From Chiloscyllium plagiosum (Eukaryota): DNA of 64,000 nt. Positions 52,350 through 64,000 of the stretch are shown here, in pieces. The notes below the pieces were generated by a model, which was not told the DNA's origin, did not search any database, and worked only from the letters and a program-made list of their open reading frames with translations. How positions within the stretch are numbered: position 1 is the stretch's first letter; the number at the start of each line of letters is the position of its first letter. Where the stretch lies: contig NC_057718.1 of NCBI RefSeq assembly GCF_004010195.1, positions 67,420,588 through 67,484,587 of the forward strand, read 5' to 3'. A program made the translations under genes and the position numbers.

Positions 52350-52652
52350 AAGATTACTATATTACTTTCAGTGTGGAATCAGGCCCTTCGGCCCAACAAG
52401 TCTACACCGACCCCCCCGAAGCGCACCCACCCAGACCCATTCCCCTAACACTACAGGCAATTTAGCATAGCCAATTCACCTAACCTGCACATTTTTGGAC
52501 TGTGGGAGGAAACCGGAGCACCCGGAGGAAACCCATCCAGACACGGGGAGAACGTGCAAACTCCACACAGTCAGTCACCTGAGACGGGAATTGAACTCAG
52601 GTCTCTGGCGCTGTGAGGCAGCAGTGCTAACCACTGTGCTACTGTGCCGCCC
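52350..52652 (-). mobile_element. HE1-type SINE in CR1
   Basis: Complete SINE; TSD tgagtt. Confidence 0.92.
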
Positions 52653-53908
52653 ATGAGTTGTAGGTGAGCACTTTGGAGAGAGTGACCATAATTCAGTTAC
52701 GTTTAGTTTAGCAATGGAAAGGAATAGGTACAGGCCACAGGTCAAAAGTTATCGATGGCGCAAGGGCAATTATAATGCAATTAGACAAGAATTAGGATGC
52801 GTAGAATGGGGTAGCAAAATGCAGGGGATGCGGACAATGGAAATGTGAAGCTGGTTTAAGGAACAGATATTGTGTGTCCTTGATAGGTATGTCCCTTTCA
52901 GGCAGGGAGGAAATGATAAGGTAAGGGAACGATGGTTTACGACAGAAATTGCATCCCTTGTTAAGAAGAAGAAGGAGGCTTATGTGTTGATGAGGCAAGA
53001 TGGTTCAGATGAGGTGATGGAAAGTTACAGATCAGCTAGGAAGGATTTAAAGAGAGAGTTAAGAAAAGCAAAGACAGGACACGAGCAGTCTTTAGCAAAT
53101 AGAATAAAGGAGAACCCTAAAGCTTTCTATAGGTATGTCAGGAATAAAAGGATGATTACGGTAGGAATAGGGCCAATGACAGAAGTGGGGAGTTGAGTGT
53201 GGACCCTGTAGAGATCGGAGAGGTGCTAAACGAACATTTCTCATCGGTGTTCACTCAGGAAAAGGTCAATATTGTAGAAGAGAAGAATGAGGTATGAGAT
53301 ATTAGACTAGAAAGGATTGAGGTTAGTTACGCACACGTGTTAGCAATTCTAGAAGGAGTGAAAGTAGACAGGTCCCCTGGGCCAGATGGGATTTATCTGA
53401 GGATTCTCTGGGAAGCTAGGGAGGGGATAGCAGAGCCTTTGGCTTTGATATTTGAGTCATCATTGCCTACAGGTTTTGTACCAGAGGACTGGAGGATTGC
53501 AAATGTGATGCCCTTGTTCAAGAAGGGCAGTAGAGATGACCCAGGTAATTATAGACCAGTGAGCCTTACTTCTATTGTAGGAAAGGTTTTGGAAAGGATT
53601 GTAAGAGATAAGATTTATAATCATTTAGCAAGCAACAATTTGATTTCAGTTAGTCAACATGTAGGGCAGTTGATGTGATATACTTGGACTTCAGTAAAGC
53701 CTTTGACAAGGTTCCACATGGTAGGCTGTTGGAGAAAATGCAGAGGCATGGGATTGAGGGTGATTTAGCAGTTTGGATTAGAAACTGGCTTTCTGAAAGA
53801 AGGCAGCGAGTCGTGGTTGAGGGAAAATATTCTGCCTGGAGTCCGGTTACTAGTGGTATGCCACAAGGATCTGTTTTGGGACCATTGCTGTTTGTCATTT
53901 TTATAAAT

Positions 53909-54226
53909 TAGATTACTTACAGTGTGGAAACAGGCCCTTTGGCCCAACAAGTCCCCACTGACCCGCCAAAGTGCAACCCACCCAGACCCATTCCCCTACA
54001 TTTACCCCTTCACCTAACACTATGGGCAATTTAGCGTGGCCAATCCACCTAACCTGCACAGCTTTTTTTGGATTGTGGGAGGAAACCGGAGCACCCAGAG
54101 GAAACCCACGCACACACGGGGAGAATGTGCAAACTCCACACAGAGAGTCGCCTGAGGCGGGAATTGAACCCGGGTCGCTGGCGCTGTGAGGCAGCAGTGC
54201 TAACCACTGTGCCACCGTGCCGCCCG
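53909..54226 (-). mobile_element. HE1-type SINE in the CR1 RT
   Basis: Splits FIN|DL; CpG-rich, little decayed. Confidence 0.95.
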
Positions 54227-55140
54227 TCAAATGACTTAGCTGCAGGCATAGGTGGATGGATTAGTAAATTTGCAGATGACACTAAAGTCGGTGGAGTAGT
54301 GGACAGTTTGGAAGAATGTTCCAGGTTGCAGGGGACTTGGATAAACTGCAGAATTGGGCTTAGAGGTGGCAAATGGAGTTCAATGCAGCTAAATGTGAGG
54401 TGATGCACTTGGGGGAGAATAACAGGAGGGCAGAGTACTGGGTCGATGGAAAGATTCTTGGTAGTGTAGACGTGCAGAGGGATCTTGGAGTCCATGTACA
54501 TGGATCCCTGAAAGTTATCCAGGTGAATAGTGCTGTTAATAAGGCATACGGTGTGTTAGGTTTCATTCGTGGAGGGATTGAGTTCCGGAGCCGCAATATC
54601 ACGCTGCAACTATACAAACCGCGAGTGCAGCCACACTTGGAATATTGTGTACAATTCTGGTCTCCATATTTCAGGAAGGATGTGGAAAAGGTGCAGAGGA
54701 GATTTACCAGAATGTTGCCTGGTTTGGAGGGAAGGTCTTATGAGGAAAGGCTGAGAGACTTGAACCTGTTCTCAATGGCAAGAAGGCGGCGAAGAGGGGA
54801 TTTGATAGAGACATACAAGATGATCAGAGGATTAGATAGGGTAGACAGTGAAAGTCTTTTTCCTAGGATGATGATGTCAGCGTGTATGAAGGGGCATAAC
54901 TATAAATTGAGGGGTGATAGATTTAAGACAGATGTCAGAGGCAGGTTCTTTATGCAGAATGGAATGCCCTACCTGCTAATGTACTCAATTCAGCCACATT
55001 AGGGAGATTTAAACAATCCTTAGATAAGCACATGGATGATTTTGGGATAGTGTAGGGGAACGAGCTGGGAATAGTTCACAGGTCGGCGCAACATCGAGGG
55101 CCGAAGGGCCTGTTCTGCGCTGTATTGTTCTATGTTCTAT

Positions 55141-56135
55141 GAGCCACAGCCGGATACCTCAGAGAGTACTGGATCCTGAGCTCCCTCAGTCTTTTCTTGA
55201 TGCCGTCATAGGATTTTCTTTTCCTGATCATCGCCGCTGAGAAGTCCTGGAAGAACATGATCTTAGAGCCCTCGTAAACAAGGGCATTCACATCCTTCCC
55301 CTGAATTCTGGAAGCTTCCACGATTCTCTCATTATCTCAAAAGTGATGAAATCGCACCAAGATAGGATGAGGATGTTGGTCCAGCCCTGACCTCCGAACC
55401 TTCACCTGGTGAACCTTCTCAATTTTCAAGCTTCTCATTCCAGCCTCCAAGTTAAGAAATTTTGGCAACCAGTCCTCAATAAATTCCATCGGCTGCTCAC
55501 CTTCCTTACCCTCCGGCAGACTGGCGATCAGAATATTTTTCCTCATGTCCCTGTTCTCGAGGTCATCAGCCTGGTCAAGCAAATTACGGACCTGCGTCTC
55601 CAGGGCCTGGATCCAATCCTTGGAGGAACTGGTACCAGCTTCCACCACTTTGACTCTGCATTCTACTTCATCCGGCCTTTTGTTCAGGTCACCCAGCTGC
55701 TGTTCATGCTTCTGCAGTATGATCTGGATGGTGAAAACCGAGGTAAGTTGCTCTCTGACAGTTTCCTGGGACTCCATGACCTTTCCAGAGTCCCAGGATA
55801 TCATGGTGGTCTGGGTAGGGGCCAGCTTCTCCTCTATCTGCTTGCCCAACATCTCGCAAGATTTTGCAAGCTCCGTCACCAGGACCTGGTAGGAAATTGA
55901 GCCCGAGGATCCTGCAGGCTGGGCCACAGACCTGGCCTCGGTCCTACCTGCTATCTTCTTTGGCATCCCTGGACAGCGAAAACCAAGGTAAGTTACTCTC
56001 TGACAGTTTCCTGGGACTCCACAACCTTTCCAGTGTCCCAGGATACTGTGGTGGTCTGGGTAGGATGGGTTAGGACTTCATTCCGCTTGCGATGTGGTGT
56101 GGAGTCCTGCAACAGTGATCTTCCTAGATTGCCGG
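55141..56135 (-). mobile_element. L1/Tx1-group LINE 5' UTR and ORF1 (inverted relative to its ORF2)
   Basis: DDLENRDMRKNILIASLPEG; IEKVHQ..PHPILVRF; IMFFQDFS..YSLRYPA (L1 ORF1p-type). Confidence 0.9.
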
Positions 56136-56220
56136 TATCTTGAGTCCCCATACATTATTTTTGATTTTATTAATAGGCACATGGAGTATTAGGGGTTATG
56201 TCAACTTGTATAAACTACTG

Positions 56221-56840
56221 AGAGAAAGTGAGAACTGCAGATGCTGGAGATCAGAGTTGAACAGTGTGGTGCTGGGAAAGCATAGCAGTCAACCAGCATC
56301 CGAAGAGCAGGAGAATCGATATTTCGAGCATAAGCCCTTCATCAGGAATGAGGCTTGTGGCCGAAGGGCGCTGAGTGATAAATGGGAGCAGCATGGGGCT
56401 GGGGGGAAGGTAGCTGGGAATGTGATATGTAGATGAAGGTGGGGGTGAAGGTGATAGGTCAGAGAGGAAGGTGGAGTGGATAGGTGGGAAGGAAGATGGA
56501 CATGTAGGAGAGTTCAAGTTCAAGAGGGTGGTGATGAGTTGGAAGGTTGAATCTGGGATAAGGTGAGGGGAGGGGAAATGAGGAAACTGGTGAAATCCAT
56601 ATTAATACTGTGTGATTGGAGGGTTCCAAAGTGGACGATGAAGCATTCTTCCTCCAAGAGTCGGGTGGTTACACTTTGGCAGTGGAGGAGGCCCAGGACG
56701 CGCATGTCTTTGGCAGAGTGGGGGTTGGGGTTAAAGTGTTCGGCAATGGGGTTGTTTAGTGTGTTTGTCCCGGAGATGTTCTCTGAAACATTCCACAAGT
56801 TAGCGTCCTGTCTCCCCAATGTAGAGGAAACCACATTGGG
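56221..56840 (-). mobile_element. Penelope-like element 3' part
   Basis: PIAEHFN..HSAKDMRVLGL..RLLEEECFIVHFGTLQSHSIN endonuclease C-terminus; terminal repeat with CTGATGA..GAAA. Confidence 0.88.
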
Positions 56841-56849
56841 AAGCCACTA

Positions 56850-57320
56850 ACTGGAATTTTGCATTCAGTGTGAGTACCACACTTCAGTAAAAATCTAAAA
56901 ATATTAGAGTACAAAACATGTCCACAAAATTAGTTCCAGAGAAGAGGAACTTCAGTTATGTCGATAAATTGGAGAAATTAGAACTGTTTTCCTTGGAGAA
57001 GAGAAGATTGAGGAGGTTTTCAATAGAAATATTTAAAACCATGAATAGATAGCAGTGATGGAAGAATCGAGAATGACAAGGCACAGATTTAAAGTAATTG
57101 GCTAAGAAATTAAAGGAGACACAAAAAACAAACTTCTTGTGCAACGATGATTAAGATCTAGACTGTGCTCTTTGAGTGTGTGGTAGAGGCAGTGTCATTT
57201 GAGGCATCCAAGAGAGAATTGGATTATTATCTCAAAATGAAGAATGTACAGGAATTCAGAGAGCTGGGGTCGAGTGATAGCTAAATGGACTCCTCCTATG
57301 CTGTAACATTTGTGATTCTG
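56850..57320 (+). mobile_element. Old CR1 3' fragment
   Basis: SYVDKLEKLELFSLEKRRLRR..IEIFKTM. Confidence 0.75.
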
Positions 57321-58169
57321 TGCACATATCACATGAGGGAGAATGAAATATTGGGTTATATTGACAGATGCTGATTCAAGTTTTAGAATATTGGTTGCTA
57401 TCTAAGAATATTGAGAGTTTGTTTTGTTTGACTCTAAAATCAAAATTTTATTTTGATTGGAGCTGTGGAATTCCATGTTCTCATACTTTCAGTAAATAAC
57501 AGTAATTGCAAATTCCTTTTTCTTCAGAAAGGTTAGTACTGCTGTTAACTGGGATCCAATAATAATGCAGAAAACAGATAACTAATTTACCACAATTAAT
57601 GGCACAACCACACAAGTTTAAATTCAAGGATTCCTTATTGGCTCAACAATTTTATACAGCAGTAAGACACCTTGCAGTCTTACACCTTGCAGTCTGAATT
57701 AGAAACAGAAGGAGCTGCTATTATACAGCAGATCACACAGCAAGTGGCAAAAGAAAAATAGAGTTAAAATGTAAGGTCATATCACCTACATTAAAACTTT
57801 AATGCAATGAACTGTTGAGCCAGGAATAACCTGGGTTTATTCTCAGTTGTTTTCTCTATTGCTGGCTATGGAAATACACTTGTGCTGGTAGTCACATTTG
57901 TATAATGTCAATCCCACCTAAGTGAACACGTTAGTAAAGAATAAAATGTTTAAGGGAATAAAATCTCCGAGCAGAAATTGTTTTTCTCTCCTTTCCAATA
58001 ATAACTCTCCATGTTAAATAAATAACCTGTAAATCAATAAAACGCAGAAATGAAGTGCAGTTTTGATTTATTTAAACATTTATAAACCTAGTATCCAGCT
58101 CCTTTTGCCAATCAACATGTAAAGCACTTTATAGAAGTGTGTTTGTATCAATTTGAGAATCATCTAGTA

Positions 58170-58683
58170 ACAATTCAGCAATGTTTCTGCCTATTTCACC
58201 TCATCGGATGAAGGGACTTGAACAGTTTTATCCATCAATATGATAAGTGTATTTGGGACAAACGAGCTGAATTCCAGAGGTTAGGTGAGAGCTTCAGCCA
58301 TTGACTTCAAGCCCTCATTTGATCAAGTGTGGTATTGAGGATCATTAACAAAGCTGGAGTTAACAGGAATTAAGGGAGAAAATGTTTGATCTTTGGAGTC
58401 ATACCTGTCATATAGGAAGATGGTTGTGGTTGTTGGATGTCAGTCATCTCTGTTCCAGGATATCTCTGCAGGCGATCCTTAGGATAGTGTTTTAGGCCCA
58501 AACATCTTCAGCTGTTCATTAATAACCTTCCCTCCGTCATAACATCAGAAGTGGCGATGTGCATTCATTGACAAACAGTGTTCAGCACCATTTGCAGCTC
58601 CTCACAGACTGCATCTGCCCATTCCAAATGCAACAAGATCTGGACAATATCGAGGCTTGGGCTGACAAGTGACAAGTAACATT
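58170..58683 (+). mobile_element. LINE-X RT portion (continuation of 50440-51169, inverted)
   Basis: Reverse-complement similarity to ~870-1350; ends at catt (reverse complement of aatg). Confidence 0.85.
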
Positions 58684-60700
58684 TGTTATGAAGGTGTGGA
58701 GGTGTACTGTATCTTTAAGAGAGTGAAGAACCTAGCAAGAGTGCTGGAGAATTTACAATGTAACATTTGGTCAGCAGCTAGCAATACCTGGGTTGCTATG
58801 AGACCAAAATAAATTCAAATTCGGCCAATCAATTTAAATTATACCCAAGATACTAAACTCCAATCAAGTTTGAAGTTGGGAATTTTGATAATACTAAAAC
58901 CAATGAAATGATCCGATGCTTTGTGGTATAAATATTAAACAAATTGAACAGTTGGGGGACAACTACATAGAACATAGAAAAGTATAGCACAGAACAGGCC
59001 CTTTGGCCCACGATGTTGTGCCAAGGTTTAATCCTAATGTAAAATATAATAACTTAACCTACGCATCCTTCAACTCACTGCTCTCCATGTGCATGTCCAC
59101 AGTCGCTTAAATGTCCCCAATGACCTCGCTTCCACCACCACCGTTGGCAACGCATTCCATGCATTCACAACTCTCTGCGTAAAGAACCTACCTCTGATGT
59201 CTCCTCTATACCTTTCTCCTAATATCTTAAAACTATGACCCCTCATACCAGTCAATCCTGCCCTGGGGAAAATTCTCTGGCTATTGACTCTATCTATTCA
59301 TCTCATTATCTTGTACACCTCGATCTGTTCTCTTCTCTCCCTCCTTCTCTCCAGAGAGAAAAGTCCGAGCTTATTCAACCTTTCTTCATAAGGCAAGCCT
59401 TCCAGTCCAGGCAGCTACCTGGTAAACCTTCTTTGCACCCTCTCGAAAGCCTCTGTATCTTTCCTATAGTAGGGTGACCAGAACTGGACACAATATTCCA
59501 AGCGTGGTCTTACCAGGGGCTTTTAGAGCTGTAGCAAAACCTCGCAGCTCTTAAACTCAATCCTGCTGTTAATGAAAGCCAAAACACCATGTGCTTTCTT
59601 AACATCTGGGTGGCAAGTTTGAGGGATCTATGTACTTGCACACCCAGATCCCTCTGTTCCTCCACACTGCCAAGAATCCTGTCTTTAATCCTATATTCAG
59701 CATTCGAATTCGACCATCCAAAATGCATCACTTCACATTTATCCAGGTTGAACTCCATCTGCCATATCTCAGCTCAGCTCTGCATCCTGCTATGTCGTGC
59801 TGCAGCCTGCAGTAGCCTCGACACTATCGATGGCACCTCCAACCCTTATGTCGTCTGCAAATTTACTAACCGACCCCTCAACCTCCTCATGCAAGTCATT
59901 TTTAAAAACTACAAAGAGCAAAGGCCCAAGAACAGAGCCCTGCAGGACCCCACTCAATACTGACTTCCGGCAGAATACTTTCCATCTACAACTACTCTCT
60001 GCCTTCTGTCAGCCAACCAATTCTGAATCCAGATAGCCAAATCTCCCTGTATCCCATACTTTCTGACTTTATGAATGAGCCTACCATGGGGAACCTCATC
60101 AAATGCCTTGCTGAAGTCCATATACATCACATCCACTGCTTGACCTTCATCGACCTGTCGTGTCAACTCCTCAAAGAACTCAATAAGATTTATGAGGCAT
60201 GACCTGCCCCTCACAAAGCCATGCTGGCTGCCTTTAATCACTCCATGCATTGCCAAATAGTCATAAATCCTATTCCTCAGAATTCTTTCCAAACCTTTGC
60301 TGACCACAGATGTAAGACAACTGTCAAAAGACCAACAGATGTAGACTGCTAGTCAGGACTCTCTGGGAGGTACTTGTGTAGAGAAGGTGTTTCCACAGAG
60401 AAAAACATCAACACCGACCTGGAGAGCAACTCTATAAAGAGAAGATTCGACAGCTGGCTGGTTTTGAAGTTTGAATTTTTTAGTAAATCTTAATCGGGGT
60501 TTTATCAAACCAGTATTGTAGAGGGAAAGGTAAAAAGCTAGGTTAGAGAAAGGAGTTGTAAATAGTTGTTAGTTAATTATTCTCTGTTAGACTTTAAAAA
60601 ATAAAGTTGTTAATTTTTACTTTAAAGAGTGACCTTTGGGATAGTTCTTGGCCTCTCGAATTTTAACAGATTATAGCACGAGTTAAATCATTTCTGTGCA
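58684..60700 (+). mobile_element. Solo LTR lacking its last ~40 bp, interrupted by a CR1
   Basis: TGTTATGAAG..tgtactgtatctttaagagag start similar to the Gypsy LTR; resumes at 60316. Confidence 0.85.
58965..60315 (-). mobile_element. CR1 LINE, 5'-truncated
   Basis: [25 protein letters not shown] gacaact (58958-58964, 60316-60322). Confidence 0.93.
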
Positions 60701-61253
60701 TGTCTCGTTCGGTCCCTACAAACCTTCGATCTGAGCCTCTAACTATTGAGTCCCCAATGACTAACACTCTCCTCCTTTCCCTCCTTCCCTTCTGTGCAAC
60801 AGGAACAGGCTCTGTGCCAGAGACCTTGGCCCCACTGCATACCCTAGTAAGTCGTCCCTCTCAACAATATCCAAAACGGTATATATGTTTTTCAGGGGAA
60901 CGACCACAGGGGATCCCTCCACTGACTGTTTTTTCCCCCTTCGAACAGTCACCCAACTCTCCTCTTGCCCAGGAGTAACTACTTCCCTGTAACTCCTATC
61001 TATCACAACCTCTGTCTCCTGAATGATCGAAAGTTCATCCAGCTCCCGCTCCAGTTCCCTAACATGGTCTTGGAGGAGTGGGAAAACACTGACTTATATA
61101 GCAGGACGGCAATAAAAATAAGAAGTCCCTCTTTTCCCAGAAATCTCTGCTCTCTGACTTCAAATTTAAAAGCACAAGTCAGTGACTCACCGCTCCTGGC
61201 AGGCCCCTGGTGCAAGTTCCCGCCCTTCGAGTTGCTGCTGTCGCTGAAAAACA
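60701..61253 (-). mobile_element. 5' part of the CR1 at 51210-55140
   Basis: IDRSYREVVTP..VPLKNIYTVL..VLVIGDSIVRGSDRRFVGTERD, ending where 51210 begins. Confidence 0.88.
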
Positions 61254-61840
61254 GGCTTGATTCACCTTAGATGGATCTGTACATCTCTTTGACACGTCGG
61301 AGAAGACAAGAGACTTTGTGGACAAATTAGCTTAATCTGAACAATTTAGTATGTACAAATAATAGTGTTGTTTGGATATGTCTCTACTTTTCTTGAAAAA
61401 AAAAGGCCAGGTCCGATTGGGGCTTTTTTTTCCTTATTTTTATTGGTAATAATCTGGTCTAAACTATGTTCAGGGGCAGTTGGGATGTATACTTTCAATT
61501 TCTAAGTCATACTAAAGGATGGGTGGGGTACTGACCTTTTGTTTTCAACATTTCTTTGTTCACATTGTTATTTCATGGTGTATTTTCTTTTTTTCTGCTT
61601 GTGTTTGTGGTGTGGCTCTAGCTAGGAGGAGAGAAAATGGTTGTAATGGCTAGATACCTACTTATGGGCAGTTAATACCCAGTTCAGGTATTTAAATGCC
61701 TGGGCTGCAGTATTGGAAGCAGGATGGGAAGTTGGGTTTTGGGATGTGTAGATGCCCCTTTGGACAGGGGGTGAGTTCTCCTATTCAGCGCCATTGATGC
61801 TTTATATGTTGGGGTTTTTTAAATTTTTGTTATATATAAT

Positions 61841-62150
61841 GGGCGGCTCAGTGGTTAGCACTGCTGCCGCACAGCACCATGGTCCCAGGTTTGATTCCAG
61901 CCTCGGGCGACTGTCTGTGTGGAGTTTGCACATTCTCCCCGTGTCTGCGTGGGTTTCCTCCGGGTGCTCCGGTTTCCTCCCACAGGTCCAAAGATGTGCA
62001 AGTCAGGTGAATTGGCCCTGCTAAATTGCCCATAGTGTTAGGTGCATTAGCCAGAGGGAAATGAGACGGGGTGGGTTACTGTTCGGAGGGTCGGTGTGGA
62101 CTGGTTGGGCCAAAGCACCTGTTTCTACACTGTAGGGAATCTAATCTAAT
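61841..62150 (+). mobile_element. HE1-type SINE in the L1 inter-ORF spacer
   Basis: Head, body and aatct tail. Confidence 0.92.
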
Positions 62151-63163
62151 AATCTTTGATAGCTTTGTAGGTTTGTTAACAGTAGTGATTTTAGTTTATG
62201 TAGTTTTTATGTTTGATGGATCTTGTGACACAAAGACTCAGCGATTTGTAATTCAAGTTCCTCCTCTCTGGAATCTAAATGTTACTGCAGAAGATAATGG
62301 CTAATGACTTGATTAAATGGTGTACCTGGAACATCAAGGGGAGTCACTCGCCAATTAAGAGGAAGAAGGTACTCTCAAGTCTTAGAAAGGAAAAGATGGA
62401 TATTGCTTTGTTACATGAGGCACACTTGGATGATAGGGAGCATTTAAAATAACAGCAGAATGGCTTTGATCGAGTTTACTTTTCATCTTTTAATACCAGA
62501 AGTAGGGAAGTGGCTATATTGATTAGGAGGAATCTTCCATTTAAGTTACTAGAGTGTGTTAAAGACACATACAGGAGGTTTGTAATTCTCAAAGCCCTGA
62601 TATACAGGGAACAATATGGTGTTTTAAATATCTATCGTCCTCCGGACCATCCCCTCAAATTCCTGGTAGATGCGTTCTCTAAATTGATCAGTCTCAAGTC
62701 CCGGCATATCATCATAGGGGGAGATTTTAATTGTCTTATGGATCCCACAGTAGACAGGTTTCTCAAAAATCCCCCGATATGGTCTGTACAAACTAAACAA
62801 TGAGTGGATCTGTGTGTGGAGTTAGGGTTGATGGATGTCTGGAGGCGTCTCCACCCTATAGGCTGGGATTTTACATTTTTTTCCAATCCACCCAGATGTC
62901 ACACCAGGATTGATTTTTTTCTGACCCCGTGGCAATCCTGACTAGGTGGCATCTTGTCCAATTGGTGATATTGCCATCTCCAATCACGCTCCAGTATACC
63001 TGCTAGCTAAGATTAAGGATGCTACAGTGGGCCCGAGGCACTGGTGAATGGATCCCTTTATCCTTAAGGATAATAAGTTTGTGGAGTACTTTTTAAAGGA
63101 ACTTGGGGCATTCCTAGACATTAATTCCAGCTCGATAAGTAGTTTGTCTGTCCTTTGGGAAAC

Positions 63164-63528
63164 GTCACCAACTTCTTCATTTCCTCTCCCCCCATCTTAC
63201 CCCAGTTCAAACTTTCCAGCTCAGCACCATCCTCATGACCTGTCCCTTCTGTCAATCTCCCTTCCCACCTATCCGCTCCACTCTCCTCTCTGTCCTATCA
63301 CCTTCACCCTCACCTCCTTCAACCTATTGCACTCTCAGCTACCTTGCCCCAGCCCCACCTCCCTCCATTTATCTCTCCACTCCCGATGCTCCCAGCCTCA
63401 TTCCTGATGAAGTGCTTTTGCCTGAAACGTCAGTTTTCCTGCTCCTTGGATGCTGCCTGATCTGTTGTGTTTTTCCAGCACCACTCTAATCTTGACTCTC
63501 GTCTCTTGCACTTGCAGTACCCACTTTG
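63164..63528 (+). mobile_element. Penelope-like terminal repeat inserted in L1 ORF2
   Basis: 12 bp TSD cctttgggaaac (63152-63163, 63529-63540); CTGATGAAGTGCTTTTGCCTGAAACGTC. Confidence 0.88.
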
Positions 63529-64000
63529 CCTTTGGGAAACTGCCAAAGCCTATGCCGGGGGTTAATTATCTCCTACTCTGCCAGTCGGAAGCGGCAGAAG
63601 GGTGAGCATCAGTGTCTCCTTGAAGCATGGCTGAAGGCAGCCAAGAAAGTTTACTTTGATAGCCCGTGTTGGTCAAACTACAGAGGATTACGGCCCTGCA
63701 GTCTGCATTGAATTCCATGCTCATACTGATGGCAAAGAAAGAGCTTACTTTCACAAAACAGAGGCACGTGACAAACCGGGCAAGTACTTAGTGTATCTCG
63801 CCAGGAAAAGAAGTGCCCCTCAAGCCATTACGTCGATTAGGGAAGAGTCTGGGAACCTAGCATGTGATTACAAAAAGGTTAATGCAACTTTCCAGAGATT
63901 TTACTCTGAATTCTACTAATCTGAGGGTTGTGAGAAGGGGCAGGCCAAGATAGAGTCCTTTTTAAATGATCCGGAGCCCCTGGGCGTGACGCCTGAACGA

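Larger units (their letters stand above)
51210..55140 (+). mobile_element. CR1 LINE: 3' half of esterase ORF1, ORF2 and tail
   Basis: LVCCLPGARVHDV..VHVGTNN; APE NARSIRNK, GDFNFPNIDW; RT; gttctat tail. Confidence 0.95.
61254..64000 (+). mobile_element. L1/Tx1-group LINE: ORF1 C-terminus, spacer and ORF2 (ATG 62297), runs off the window
   Basis: FTLDGSVHLFDTSEKTRDFVDKLA*; MANDLIKWCTWNIKGSHSPIKRKKV; IIGGDFN; TRIDFF; ISNHAPV. Confidence 0.9.

Noticed and set aside
57667..57695. 15 bp tandem duplication (acaccttgcagtct)
   Set aside because: Ordinary slippage duplication with no wider structure.

Overview
This window is eukaryotic and appears to come from a higher elasmobranch (shark): HE1-type tRNA SINEs and HER1/CR1 LINEs occur throughout. 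It is dominated by nested, decayed transposons: several CR1 families, an apparently ORF1-less CR1-group LINE with a tRNA-like head, L1/Tx1, Penelope-like elements (PLEs) with hammerhead-like cores, a two-LTR Gmr1-like Gypsy element, four solo LTRs and a Harbinger remnant. No intact host exon could be supported. Two things stand out. (1) At about 9.0-16.5 kb, once a CR1 and a SINE are removed, a compact cassette of four intronless decayed genes on both strands remains. None matches a TE protein I recognise, and one aligns by eye with the uracil-DNA glycosylase fold, so it is a candidate endogenous large-dsDNA-virus fossil. (2) A ~9.5 kb inversion (51210-60700) is revealed by four elements that rejoin when the segment is flipped. 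All translations, TSDs and alignments were done by eye with no database searches; element boundaries are approximate unless a TSD is given.
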